64,000 bases of DNA, taken from Callorhinchus milii (taxonomy: Eukaryota). This document shows, piece by piece, positions 13,383 through 24,500 of the stretch. Numbering within the stretch: position 1 is the stretch's first letter; each line of letters starts with the position of its first letter. Below the pieces are notes generated by a model that worked only from the letters and a program-made list of their open reading frames with translations, searched no databases and had not been told where the DNA came from. The position numbers were made by a program, and so were the translations under genes. The stretch is taken from positions 125,614,001 to 125,678,000 of the forward strand of contig NW_024704742.1 in the NCBI RefSeq assembly GCF_018977255.1, read 5' to 3'.

Positions 13383-13752
13383 TGGAGTCCTGTAGCTCAG
13401 TGGCTAGAGCACTCACCTCGCAAGCGAGGGACCTGGGTTCAATTCCCAGCATGGCAAAATATTGGGCAAGTTTCCTCCACACGCCTCTCTTTACCTAGCA
13501 GTAAGTAGGAACCCAGTTGTTAGTCGATTGGTGGATCGCTTTTCCAAGGTAATAACTCCTTCAAAAAAAAATAATAATAAATTGGTCACTTCGATCCACA
13601 GCTGTTTCTGGCACACTGCTGTGCGCAATTGGCTGCTGCGTTTCGCCCACAAAATATACAGTCAATTCACTGTACATTATATTTTGTGAAGAGCTTTGAG
13701 ATGTCTCGAAGAAGGGATAAGGCGCTATATGAAATGCAAGGATTATTATTAT
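13383..13752 (+). mobile_element. tRNA-derived SINE, long subfamily
   Basis: Same head, core and tail plus a ~60-bp internal segment ctctctttacctagcagtaagtagg...gatcgctttt. Confidence 0.9.
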
Positions 13753-15588
13753 CCTCTGGCTGAAGGAGGTTGCAAAGAGGAAGCATGTCTCAAAGCATAA
13801 AGTGTAGGGATCATGTATTTTGTAGGTTAACAAGGCAGATAATTTGTGCACAGCAATGTCACACATCAATCAGCTAAGAAGTGAATGACCGATTTATCTG
13901 GGGGATTGTTGGCCAGGACACCAGGAGACAGTCACTCTAATAGTACAATAGTACAATGGGAATCTTTAACATTCAACTGAATACGTACCAATAAGATTCA
14001 GATTTAATATCTCATCCGAAGCACAGCACCCCAAACAATAAGAGGCTTCCCTCCCCAACTCCAGCTCTGCACTGGAGTGTCAGCCCAGACTGTGAGCTAT
14101 TTTAATAAAAATTGTGAAGTTAAGGGATATAGAAAAAAGGTGAGGAATAGCAATAGAAGGATAAAAAGCTGATATGAACCAATAAAAGGGTGGAGCGGGC
14201 TTGATGGCTGAATAGCCTTTGTCAGGGTCTGTATTAACAAAATTATATTATTGGGTTTATCAATAATAATTAGCTTCATAACAGGTAACAATAACCCAAT
14301 GCAAACCACAACAATTTTACATTTACATTTCACGACAGGAGGACATCTCAAAATGACTCCTTCTGGTGCCAGGAGATACATCATACCAATGGTTGAGAAC
14401 CCTTGTCGGGGAGGAAATCCCACAGGTCAACGTGATGCCCTTGCAGCTACCAGAAGCAGTAAGCATTGTGACTCGCAATCATTGTAAGCCAGTCCTGTTA
14501 GGAATCATTGTAATTTAGACCCTGGTGTAAGGCTCTGATAATCAGCCTTCCTCAGTGTTGAATTTTCAGACCATCTGCTACAACTTTTCTCTGGACTTGT
14601 GGGCTCTTTAGTAGTCTGTCGCGCTAATTTCTATATCCTATTATTTTGATGGGTTCCCCATGGTGCTCAGCACAGGCTCAAATGGCTGTACAGCAGCTGT
14701 CGTTTCCTTCACTGCTCAGTCAGTTCTAAGGTTCACACCAGCCTCTACTTTGCTCCCTCCATGCTACCATCAGTGGCTGAGCACATAGCCATTATGTCCC
14801 TAACCTCTGGAAGTCCCTCAACCCCTCAATCATCCCACTCTTTATCTGTCTTTAAATCCCACCTTAAAACCTACCTCTTATGGTCATCACTTATGGTCAC
14901 TTCTCTCACTCCCTTCTCTCTTGCTCTGTGTCCAACCTCACCACTGTGAAGAACTCTGAGGTGTTATCCTACATGAAGGGCGTTATATAAGTTATATTTG
15001 TTATTGAATGAGATTGATAGATTTCTTGTGGATAAAGGGATTAAGGGATATGAGGATAAGGCGGGTAGGTGGATTTAAAATAGATCAGCCATGATCTTAT
15101 TGAATGGCAGGGAAGGCTCGAGGGACCGAGGGGCCTACTCCTGCTCCTAATTCTTATGTTTTTATGTTCTTATGTTGATGTTATTGTTACACTGTGACAT
15201 CTGATTTTGTACCTTTTCACCTCTTTAATCTAAAATGTTTATTCATACGGATTACAGAGACATGGATACAAAAATAGAAAGGGAAGACATGGTCTCAAAC
15301 ATTAACTGTGCCATTATAATGCAGGGACACATATGATATTAAACTTGCTTTGGACCAGTCTAACTCAACTGCACTCAGTTACACTCCATCTGCTCACTGT
15401 ATTCAGGAAAAGCAGGACTAGGTTTAAAATGAAAAAGATCAAGGAGACTAAAGATTTTTTTTTTTTTTTCAAAAACTTAGTAGATACATGGATCAGCATC
15501 CCAGCAAAAAATCAGTCAATGTTGCTTCATTTAACTCCTTCAAAACTAGCTGGATACTTAACTGTTTATAGAGGCAACATTGGATGAA

Positions 15589-15926
15589 CAGTAGAAGCCT
15601 GTTGTAACATGGGTTGGTTTATATAAAGTATGGACCCCATTCACTGTGACTCCAAGCAGCCGACTGGTTCGTTCCCACTCACTGGCCAGCTCTTGTACTA
15701 AAAAATGACTGACATGTCAGTCACCTGGTTACCACTAATGCCACTTCCTGGGTGTAGGACGTGATGTCAACCTGATGGCTCGGAAGTTGGCCATTATTTT
15801 TGGCACAAGAGCAGGTTGGCTACATACCATACAGAGTGGATGCTGACATCTCCTGACTGTTTATCGCGGTCCCATGTAAGTCGGTTTCAGATATTACGAA
15901 GCTCAGCTACTAACAAGGCTCCACTG
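15589..15926. mobile_element. Ancient Tigger/pogo-like MITE
   Basis: Degenerate TIRs cagtagaagcctgtt / aacaaggctccactg and an inner inverted pair 15689-15713 vs 15786-15812. A related fragment surrounds the SINE at about 48365-48735. Confidence 0.5.
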
Positions 15927-16484
15927 ACGTTAGTTACAGAATGAAATGACCGAATGCTCCATGGAACACTATGATTTCTGTGCTGCTGTACTGGGGGAGG
16001 GGGGAGAGATTAATGGTGGCCATCATGACACTTATCAATTAAATTGATAGTGATCCAAATCTACCTCCAACTTTCAAATAAATTGCCAGCTCATCGCATT
16101 GTTCTTTATGCGTCATTACTGATGCAGAATAGCTGCCGCATCTAATAACAACATTCGCCTCATTTCTAATCAATTATACGTTGTAAAGTGCTTCAAGACA
16201 TTTCTTTTAACAGTGAAAGGTAAATTTAAACTATATAAAGAGAGGATGAGGCAGAGGGATTGAGGCAGTGAATTCCAGAGCTTCTTCATTCAAACCTCTC
16301 TTGCGAACATTCCAAGATACCCACCTTTAGTATTCAACAATAACAACAACTTGCACTTATATAGCACCCCTCATTCAGGGCAGCGTCCCAGAGCGCTTAG
16401 CTCTCAATTTATGAGCTGCGCTGAGCAAAAATATTTGAAAATATTTTTCTCATGTTGAGCAAGTTGTTTTTAAGCGTGACTTAC

Positions 16485-16555
16485 CAGACCCCTCTCGTTG
16501 TGCAGTTTTGTTCTGACCGACAGGCAACTAGTGGCATCATTATGGAACCTTAATT
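16485..16555 (-). CDS. PARP8: PARP8 internal coding exon (71 nt), ELRFHNDATSCLSVRTKLHNERGL
   Basis: Acceptor tcccatatttttcAG and donor CTG|GTaagt; phase 1-0. Aligns to recalled human ELRKTNDINCCLSIKSKLQKENGE. Confidence 0.92.
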
Positions 16556-17936
16556 CTGAAAAATATGGGAAAGATTTATAATATATAATATTCACAACGA
16601 CTTCCTTTGGAGTGTGCAGAGTTTCATGGAGTGGGCGATCTTCCTTTGCATTTATGGCTCCCAATTGTCCCCTTGGCAAATATTTAACTGTGATTAGAAC
16701 AGGATACAAACGATGCTAGCTAACAGCAGATTTCATTATAGTGTTTAGCCTATCAATTAAGGGGTAAAAAATCTTTGCATGAATTTACTACTTTTTTTAC
16801 TCAACCAAGGACGTATAGAGATTCCATTGTGTCTCACATCTTATTACCTATCCCCATTAAAGAGCAAGTACTATGAATCTACTTAGCCAAATTATTCACG
16901 TGACGGAAGTGCAAGGCATTGGGATTAAAATATCCGCCAAGAGCTAATGAACAGGCACAATGGCCTAAATGTTCCTGTTGTCCTATGTTCATACTGAAGT
17001 AGCGCTCAACACAAAGATGATACACTCTCCTGGAAAAATGCCAACACCATCGTATAAGACCTCACAGGAATACAGACCCTGACAAAGGCTATTCAGCCAT
17101 CAAGCCCGCTCCACCCTTTTATTGGTTCATATCAGCTTTTTATCCTTCTAAGCTATTCCTCACCTTTTTTCTATATACCTTAACTTCACAAGTACCTATG
17201 CATCCCCCAGTTAAGAAGCTGCATTGATCCTGCATCCATGACGCAAAACCCTTTGTGTGAAGAAAATACTACACACTTAACCTCTTAACTCTAATTTTAA
17301 GGTTATGTTGCAGACCGCACTCTTCACACTCAACAATACACACAACAATACACCCAATAAACCCAAGCCTTAGGACACAGAATCACGTTTATTGATTTCT
17401 ATGAAGTATTACAATTCCTTTCAGCACCAACAACCTCTTTGATATTTTCTTTATTTGTTCAACTCACTGCATGGATTCTTCTTTCACTCAGCCTGACCAA
17501 AGTAAATTGCTCTGTTTATATTATACATTTTAGTGTTGCTTTTTGAGATGTTGGAATACCAAGACGAGCTCAAAAGACCACATACATTGTGGTTAAAATT
17601 ATGAATATCTACTGTCAAGCTCAATGTTATCTGGCAGTCGTTCGTTCACTAAACTAGCCGGTGCAGTTGGCTGAATATTTCAACTTTCACATGAAAAAAA
17701 CTCACTACCTCTCTGAGTAATCACCTGTTGCATCGATATCTGTAATCTCTCTAGCACACAACTAAAAAACAGAAGTGATTTGCACCACACACAGACTAGC
17801 TGTTTTCCCTTGAACTTTAGGAATTTTAAATTTCAGTTCTAAATGATAAGTAGCAATGCGTATTGAAATGTAAAAAAAACAGAAGTCGCTGGGAACACTC
17901 AGCAGGTCAGGCAGCATCTATCGAGAAAGGAAAGTG

Positions 17937-17973
17937 AGTCAACGTTTCGGGTCCACGACCCTTCATCAGAACT
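17937..17973 (-). ncRNA. Minimal type I hammerhead ribozyme motif on the PARP8 sense strand
   Basis: Reverse complement reads AGTT CTGATGA A GGGTC gtg GACCC GAAA CGTT GACT. Confidence 0.7.
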
Positions 17974-17982
17974 GGCGAACTG

Positions 17983-18021
17983 GGGTTCTGACGAAGGGTC
18001 ATGGACCCGAAACGTTGACTC
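17983..18021 (+). ncRNA. Minimal type I hammerhead ribozyme motif
   Basis: GGGTT (stem I), CTGACGA, A, GGGTC atg GACCC (stem II), GAAA, palindromic ACGT stem III, GTT cleavage triplet, GACTC (stem I partner). Confidence 0.7.
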
Positions 18022-19157
18022 ACTTTCCTTTCTCCATAGATGTTGCCTGACCTGCTGAGTGTTCCCAGCGACTTCTGTTTTTGTTTTCAGATTTCCAGTC
18101 TCTGCAGTATTTTGAGTTTTGTCTATTGAAATGTAGTTGTCCTGTCCATGGGCTGGTTTTGTGCTTCAGAGGATGGAGAGAAGAAAAAATAGGTTGTTGG
18201 TACTGAAAGAAACTTTAATACTTTACCCACAATGGTGGCATTTGGTAAAGTGTCACATCAATACAGCCAATTGGCCTACTTCAGAGAATTGTAACTTTGT
18301 GGGGACACTTAAAATGAAAGTTAACATTTTTACCATTGACTTGTACAAGTCCTATCCTAGGCATACAAACTCAGAGTAGCCTCCAACAAAGATTAATTGT
18401 TATAACAATATCAGTTCCACAAGTATAGGCCTGCATTACTCTGCCATGTTCCATTAAGTTGTTCGATTGTTTGAATCTACTCCACTGTTAAATAGTGCTG
18501 TTTGTACCCATTACATAGGAAAACAGTTGCAGTATTTAGTTACAAAGGGTCATTTAACCTATCGAGCCCTCTCTGCCACAGACCATTCTGTGGTAGTAAG
18601 TCCAACCACCTCTTCAAATCCCACATCCATGTCTTCTCACCATACAGTATTTCTACTCCCCACATATTTATCCACCTTCTTCTTGAATCTTTCATTCCAT
18701 CCCTTTCTGGAGCATTTGATTCCAAAATCACATTACTCTGTGAGTAGAGACTCATTCCAGCCACGGTGCTAACCATTTAGACTTAAGGTTACGTCCTCTA
18801 GTAATTAATTGGTCCACAAGGGGGTTAAAAAAATACTCTCTGTTTACTTTGCAGATTGATTTCATAATCTTGAGTAACAGTTAAATCCACCTTAATTTCT
18901 TCAGCTCCTGGGAATACCCCCAAACACATCCAACCTTTCACTATAATTTACGATTTTCATTCATGTTATCATCCTTACAAGTTAGCATTAGTGACTCTTT
19001 TTGCCTCTTTCTCACTTTCTTTCTCTCTACAAGAAAGTATTCCATCTCCCCCCTTCCTTTCCAAACCAAAAGACATGGTTTGTCGATTGTTCCCTCAAGA
19101 ATATTTTGTTCCTAGTGGCACGATTTAGGCAAACAGCAACCAGAATTTGACTCTTAC

Positions 19158-19247
19158 CTGTTGTTATTCTTTGGAAAATGACTGGAATGGGATCTCTTGT
19201 GACTAGCACGTCATCATCATTCTCGGAATTGGACACATATGTATTGT
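19158..19247 (-). CDS. PARP8: PARP8 internal coding exon (90 nt), DNTYVSNSENDDDVLVTRDPIPVIFQRITT
   Basis: Acceptor ttctccctttcAG and donor AG|GTaagag; phase 1-1. Matches recalled human DNTYVSSSENDEDVLVTTEPIPVIFHRIAT. Confidence 0.96.
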
Positions 19248-19544
19248 CTGAAAGGGAGAAGATGACAATGTATTAGATTATTTCAATCTGGAATAATTTT
19301 GCATGTTTGTAAAGAATCCCATTTCAATGTGACATGATATTGTATACACATTTGCTCTTAGGAATGTTTTCCTGACAAAATAGTGCCTTAATTACCAGCC
19401 AGCAAAGAAACGGTATGTTTTCACTATGTACCAGTGAGAGGCTGCACAGTCTGATCTCAGCCCACATTGATTTGGGTTTCAAACAAAAAAAATTCCTAAG
19501 TTTCCACTGACAACCCAGTGCCTGGTCCAAATACCTGGTGTAAT

Positions 19545-20590
19545 AATGAGGTACACACAATGAGATGTTACCCAGGTCTGTGAATAGTTAATTGATCTCA
19601 GCAAGGCAGGCAGTAGAGGTGTTTCATTTGGTTTCCTGGACCCAAATAGAGCAAAAATCGGATGAAAAGTCATGTGAGAAATGTCAGACTCAACTGTGAT
19701 GCCCTCTACAGTCGAGAGACCTGCCAACATTCACTGTCCCATTTACAGTGCACATGAACAATAGCTGTCTCACACCTCAGACCGCCGAGACCCTCATACA
19801 CGCGTTCATAAAATCCAGGCTCGACTACGCAACCACGCTGCTTGTTGGCCTCCCCAACTCCTCCCTCCACAGGCTGCAGATCATCTAGAACTCTGAAGCC
19901 CGTGTCCTCTCCCGCACCTGGCTCCACGACCCTGTCACCCCCATCCTCACCCGACCCCACTGGCTTCCCATCACAGAGGATACAGTTCAAGATCATTGTC
20001 CTCACTTTGAAAGCCCTCCATGGCCTTGCACCCCCCTACCTCTGTGCCCTTCCTAATCCCTACCAACATACCCGCTCCCTCCACTCAGCGGCATCCGGCC
20101 TGCTTCATGTCCCCCGCCTCACCATTGGCGTGTGAGCCTTCAGCAACTCTGCCTCCACCCCCTGGAAATCCATCCCGTAGTCCCTCCACCTTGCCCCCTC
20201 CCTTGCCTCCTTCAAGACCCGTCTCAAGACCCTCATCGTTGACCATGCCTTTGGTCACCCTCCTTTCACCCCCTGCCCTCCACCCTCCCCGATCCCGACT
20301 CTCAGCTCGGGTCTGAAACACTTCATTGTCCAGTGCCTTGGGACGTCCTCCCAATGTGAAAGGTGCTATACAAATGTAATGTTGTTGTTGTTGTAGCTAG
20401 TTGGGCGGTACCATAGGGCAGCCAGCACCCATGGAACTGCACTACACCATGTGTTCAGACCATCTCTTTTCATAGAATGAAACCTAGAGTTTGTACTGGA
20501 TATGAAAGGTGTTCATGATGTGGCTGTTAATGAGTCAGTGTAGTTCTCACTCACTAACTAGTTCTGAGGTGAGGAAAGGGAGAATTAACC
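19545..20590 (+). mobile_element. LF-SINE-like relic (19545-19766 and 20394-20590) split by L2; similar relic at about 51270-51540
   Basis: Motifs ggtctgtg..agttaattgatctcagc, gccctctacagtcga..cctgcc..cactgtc..cacatgaa and ggcagccagcacccatggaactg resemble the recalled LF-SINE consensus. Confidence 0.45.
19767..20393 (+). mobile_element. L2 LINE 3' fragment inserted in an older SINE
   Basis: SRLDY..LLVGLPNSSLHRLQII homology and (TTG)n tail. TSD TAGCT at 19762-19766 and 20394-20398. Confidence 0.92.
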
Positions 20591-20887
20591 CTGACCCAAT
20601 GAGGATACAGAGATAGTTTACAGTGTGGAGCATATGTATAACTCACATTAGTGCTGAAGATAAAGGAAGAAGCCTCGACTCATTTCTGACAGGTTGACAA
20701 ATACCGTAGGTTTTTGGAGTTTGTTTTAAATGAAAGTTGTATCAATCTGTATTAATTAATATTGTTTACAAAGGATTCAGTATTAAGAGATAGAATTCAG
20801 ATGGATTAGTCCATAGACTACACAGATGGACAACAGTCTGTACTATGCTATCTTTTAATACAATAGTTCACTCACAAACACAACCTG

Positions 20888-21191
20888 TGGAGTCCTGTAG
20901 CTCAGTGGTTAGAGCGTTCGCTTTGCAAGCGAGAGACCTGAGTTCAATTCCAGGCAGGGGGAAACCTTGGGCAAGTTTCCTTATCCACACGCCTAATAAT
21001 AATCCCTCCAAAAACAATAAAATTGGTCATTTTCAATCTATGACTGTTTGTGGGACATTGCTGTGCGCAATTGGCTGCCGCGTTCGCCCACAAATATACA
21101 GTCAATTCACTTTACAGTGTGTTCTGTGAAGCGCTTTGGGAAGTCCTCCCGACGTGAAAAGCGCTATATCAAATGCAAGGATTATTATTAT
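20888..21191 (+). mobile_element. tRNA-derived SINE, short subfamily
   Basis: Near-identical to 8601-8914. Confidence 0.9.
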
Positions 21192-21363
21192 GTCAAGTGA
21201 TCTCATAGTGTGTACAACATCAACAACTTGTACTCCACGCAGGGTAGAGTCTCAGAACGCTTAACAGTTAACGCCTGATTCCGAGCTGGGGGGTTGGGGG
21301 ATGTGACTTTTGCAGAAATCAAGCTTTTAACATTGCACTTACTCACTCTCTGGAAGATACAAT

Positions 21364-21568
21364 GGGATACAAATTTCACCTGGTGTATGTTTAGTCTATT
21401 TACTTAATATTTTAGAGCATCCAGAATTTGGCAAATTCTTAAAATGAATTTAGGCACTACAGAAAAACAGCTTCAAACTTAAACCAAATTCAAGAATTTG
21501 GCAAATTCTAGACATTCTGAAATGGTATATAAATATAGTAAATCTAGGCCCAGGTGGAATTTCTCCCC
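21364..21568. mobile_element. Palindromic MITE, possibly PIF/Harbinger-type
   Basis: TIRs gggatacaaatttcacctgg / ccaggtggaatttctcccc and a 3-bp TSD AAT. A related one-ended copy lies at about 12260-12460. Confidence 0.55.
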
Positions 21569-24500
21569 AATTATGTCTCCTTTGTGCCATAATGTTCTGA
21601 GCTGACCGCAGCAGGCTCGAGTTGTCTGTGGCTGTACAATAACAAAAACGTCAGTTGCACAATGAAATCTGCCAGCTACACTTAAAACAATAGCAGCAGC
21701 ATAAAAGTTAGATGTGCAATCTATAGATCAATAACCTTACTATTGATCGTTGTCAACCAAATGGAGCTTGTAATGAATTGGAAACTTTTTTAACAGCTAA
21801 ATCATAAGAAACTGCTACTATTTGCCTTCAGAAAAATCAGTTGATTTATGAGGCTTTCCATCTCATGGTTCAGAAATGGAATTGAGTTCTCTATGACCAG
21901 CACAGAATGAATGCAGAAGCACTGGATTTTTCCAGAGCCTTGGTTAGGACAAAGCATCCTAGCCTCAATGAGAAGCTGGTTTCTTATGGTGTGTTTGGTG
22001 AGCTGCTGAAATGGATTTAAATATAGGGTTGTGACAAATAGGGTTTGTTTATTTATTGTAACACAGGGCTCATTAGGGAGATACACATGGTGACCACACT
22101 TTCCTTCTTGCCTTCATTAATAACCCTGGTGGATGTCATTAAAAGTGATGTTTGTTCTTTTTCCTGCAGGCATCAGACAGTGGATTACTTGCCATCTGAG
22201 GAACAAACCAAGACCAAATCTGTATAGCGTGGCAGGGAAGGGGAGGGCAGACAGAAGGTACCTTACCTGCAGTGCTGACAGGACCAAGTCAATAACTCTA
22301 CTGAGAAAGAGTGAATGCACCATTGCTCACCTATCTTGAAAATTTGAAGGATGGAAGCTATCTTCAGCACAGATCCTCAACTCATTGCTTTGATAATCAC
22401 ACCTAATCTGCGCTGAGGCAAGCAAGTGCTGAAAATGCCTGCAAAAGCTCTTGCATTAGTAGTATCCTTACCTTTACTAGTCATCGTCAGTACACTCACT
22501 GTTCTTCAAACTTCTCACTACTGAGTGAGGAAATATTATCATAATAATCCTCGCATTTGGTGTCGCACCTTTCACCTCAGGAATCACATTTCACATCCTA
22601 AACAGCTTCACAAGTTTTTATTGTGAAGTGTAATGACTGTGTATATGGGAGCTGAATGTTAGCAGTCAATTGTGCATAGTAGTGTCCAACAAACAGCCAT
22701 GAAACAAATGACCAATTTTATTTGGAGAATTGTTGGCCAGGACAGCGGGGGAAATTCCCTTCTCTTTTCGAATATAGTTGTCTGAAGGACCTCTGATAAT
22801 GCAACACACCCCAGCACTGCATTGGAGTGTCATCTTAGACTATGTGAGTTCAACTGTCCACGGGTAACCACCCTAAGTGGTGAACCCACCACTTCTGACT
22901 TAAGGGTGCTACCAACTGAGCCACACTGACACACTTGTATCACTTGTTTGGTAGATAGCCAAGAAAACACATCTCTTGTTTCCAGATTCACAGACCCAAA
23001 ATCAAATATAACAATAATCCTTGTAATTGATATAGCGCCCTTCATATCATGAGGACATCTCCAATCACTCCGCAGGATTTATTGTACAGTGTAGTGACTC
23101 TATTTTGTAGGCTCTGACAGCAGCAACTTTCACGCTGGATAGCATCTCCGAAAGCTGAGCAAGGGAGAAGGGGACGTGACCACAGGTGCAGTCAAAGAGG
23201 CAGAACTTAAGATGGGATTTAAAGATAATTGGGAGGGCGAGGCAGAGGGATTGAGGCAGTGAGTTCAAGAGGTTAGGGGGTTACTGGCTGAAGGCACGGC
23301 CTCTAATGGTGGAATAGAGGGGTATAGCAGGCCTGTGTTAGCTGAGCGAATGGGCGGGCCGAGCATTAGGGTCCGAGGAGGAACAAGTGGGTCAATCTGC
23401 TCCTGACTGTGAAAGCCTCTCCTACATAACGTTATTGTATGAGGAAGTTCAAAAACAGATCTGAGAGGTATGAATGAAGAAGGCCCTTTTTGATCTTATT
23501 CTGTCAAAATGTCCACACCGCCCTCTTCCCATTTCAGCATCGAGCTACTTCTTAAACGAGGCAAGAATTTTGACCTGTCACCCTTCCTGTTTTGACAATT
23601 GTGAGTAATGAATGAAATCAACATCCCCATGTCTCTGTCAAATCTCCCTCCCATCCTTAGTTCTACCCTGGCAGTTGAAGCAGAAAGCATCAATGCAATT
23701 AATAGGAAACTCAACAGACTAGTTGGGGGGAGTTACGCAGACTGTACAGCACTGAAACAGGCCATTCAGCTCAACTAGTCAATGTGGTATTTATATCAGC
23801 CCACAAAATATACTTGACAGTATATTCTGTGAAGCGCTTTGAGACGCCTCGAAGACATGATAAGGTGATATATCAAATGCAAGGATTATTATTGTATACC
23901 ACACGAGCCTTCGTCCCTTTGTAATCGTCTCTCCCCCCTCCCCTTTCCCATACTCCTTTCATCAAAACAACAAGTTTCCTCACAAATTCATTCATGCTTT
24001 CTGCTTCAACATTCCGCAAGTGAGTTGTGTGAGGGCTATAAGGAAACCGAAAGAGTCCGAACAAACTTTATAGAAGCTGAGGGCCCCTCCTGAGCCTCTG
24101 CTGATTCTGAGAAAGAGCTCATGGATCGACTTTGGAGAAAAACCTATTTACTCCACAATTCTGAGAAAAGAATGGGAACTATCATTCTTATTCTGTTATT
24201 GTACCAGATATCTGGCAATTGTAAGCAGCATGAGTGCTGGGCCTCAAAGAAAGTGGCAGCATGTCCTTGAAGTGCCTGGTACAATCCCCTCGATATGGAA
24301 GTGATAGATGTTGTTACAGATTCCTGTGCTTGGTATGCACTAATGAGGACAAAAACTATTAACAACTTATATGGTTACTATCATTCCATTAGAATTGATT
24401 CCCAACAGTCTATCCCAAAAAGTTAATAGGTGATTATCTAGTAAGAAGATGTCTTCCGTGTTTATTAAGAAAGTATTTTATGACGAACTCTTGATTTTAA

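Larger units (their letters stand above)
14112..17191. repeat. Inverted duplication of about 124 bp (14112-14235 vs 17069-17191)
   Basis: Only 3 differences, with an 82-bp perfect run. Confidence 0.93.
17873..18123. mobile_element. Non-autonomous palindromic Penelope-like mini-element with two inverted minimal hammerhead ribozyme motifs
   Basis: About 100-bp inverted arms (17873-17972 vs 17985-18082), a 12-nt spacer and a ~40-nt 3' extension. 12-bp TSD TATTGAAATGTA at 17861-17872 and 18124-18135. CTGANGA..GAAA cores on both strands. Confidence 0.8.

Noticed and set aside
22170..22257. Plus-strand exon-like segment with a strong polypyrimidine acceptor
   Set aside because: No partner exons or recognisable product; cannot be supported from sequence alone.
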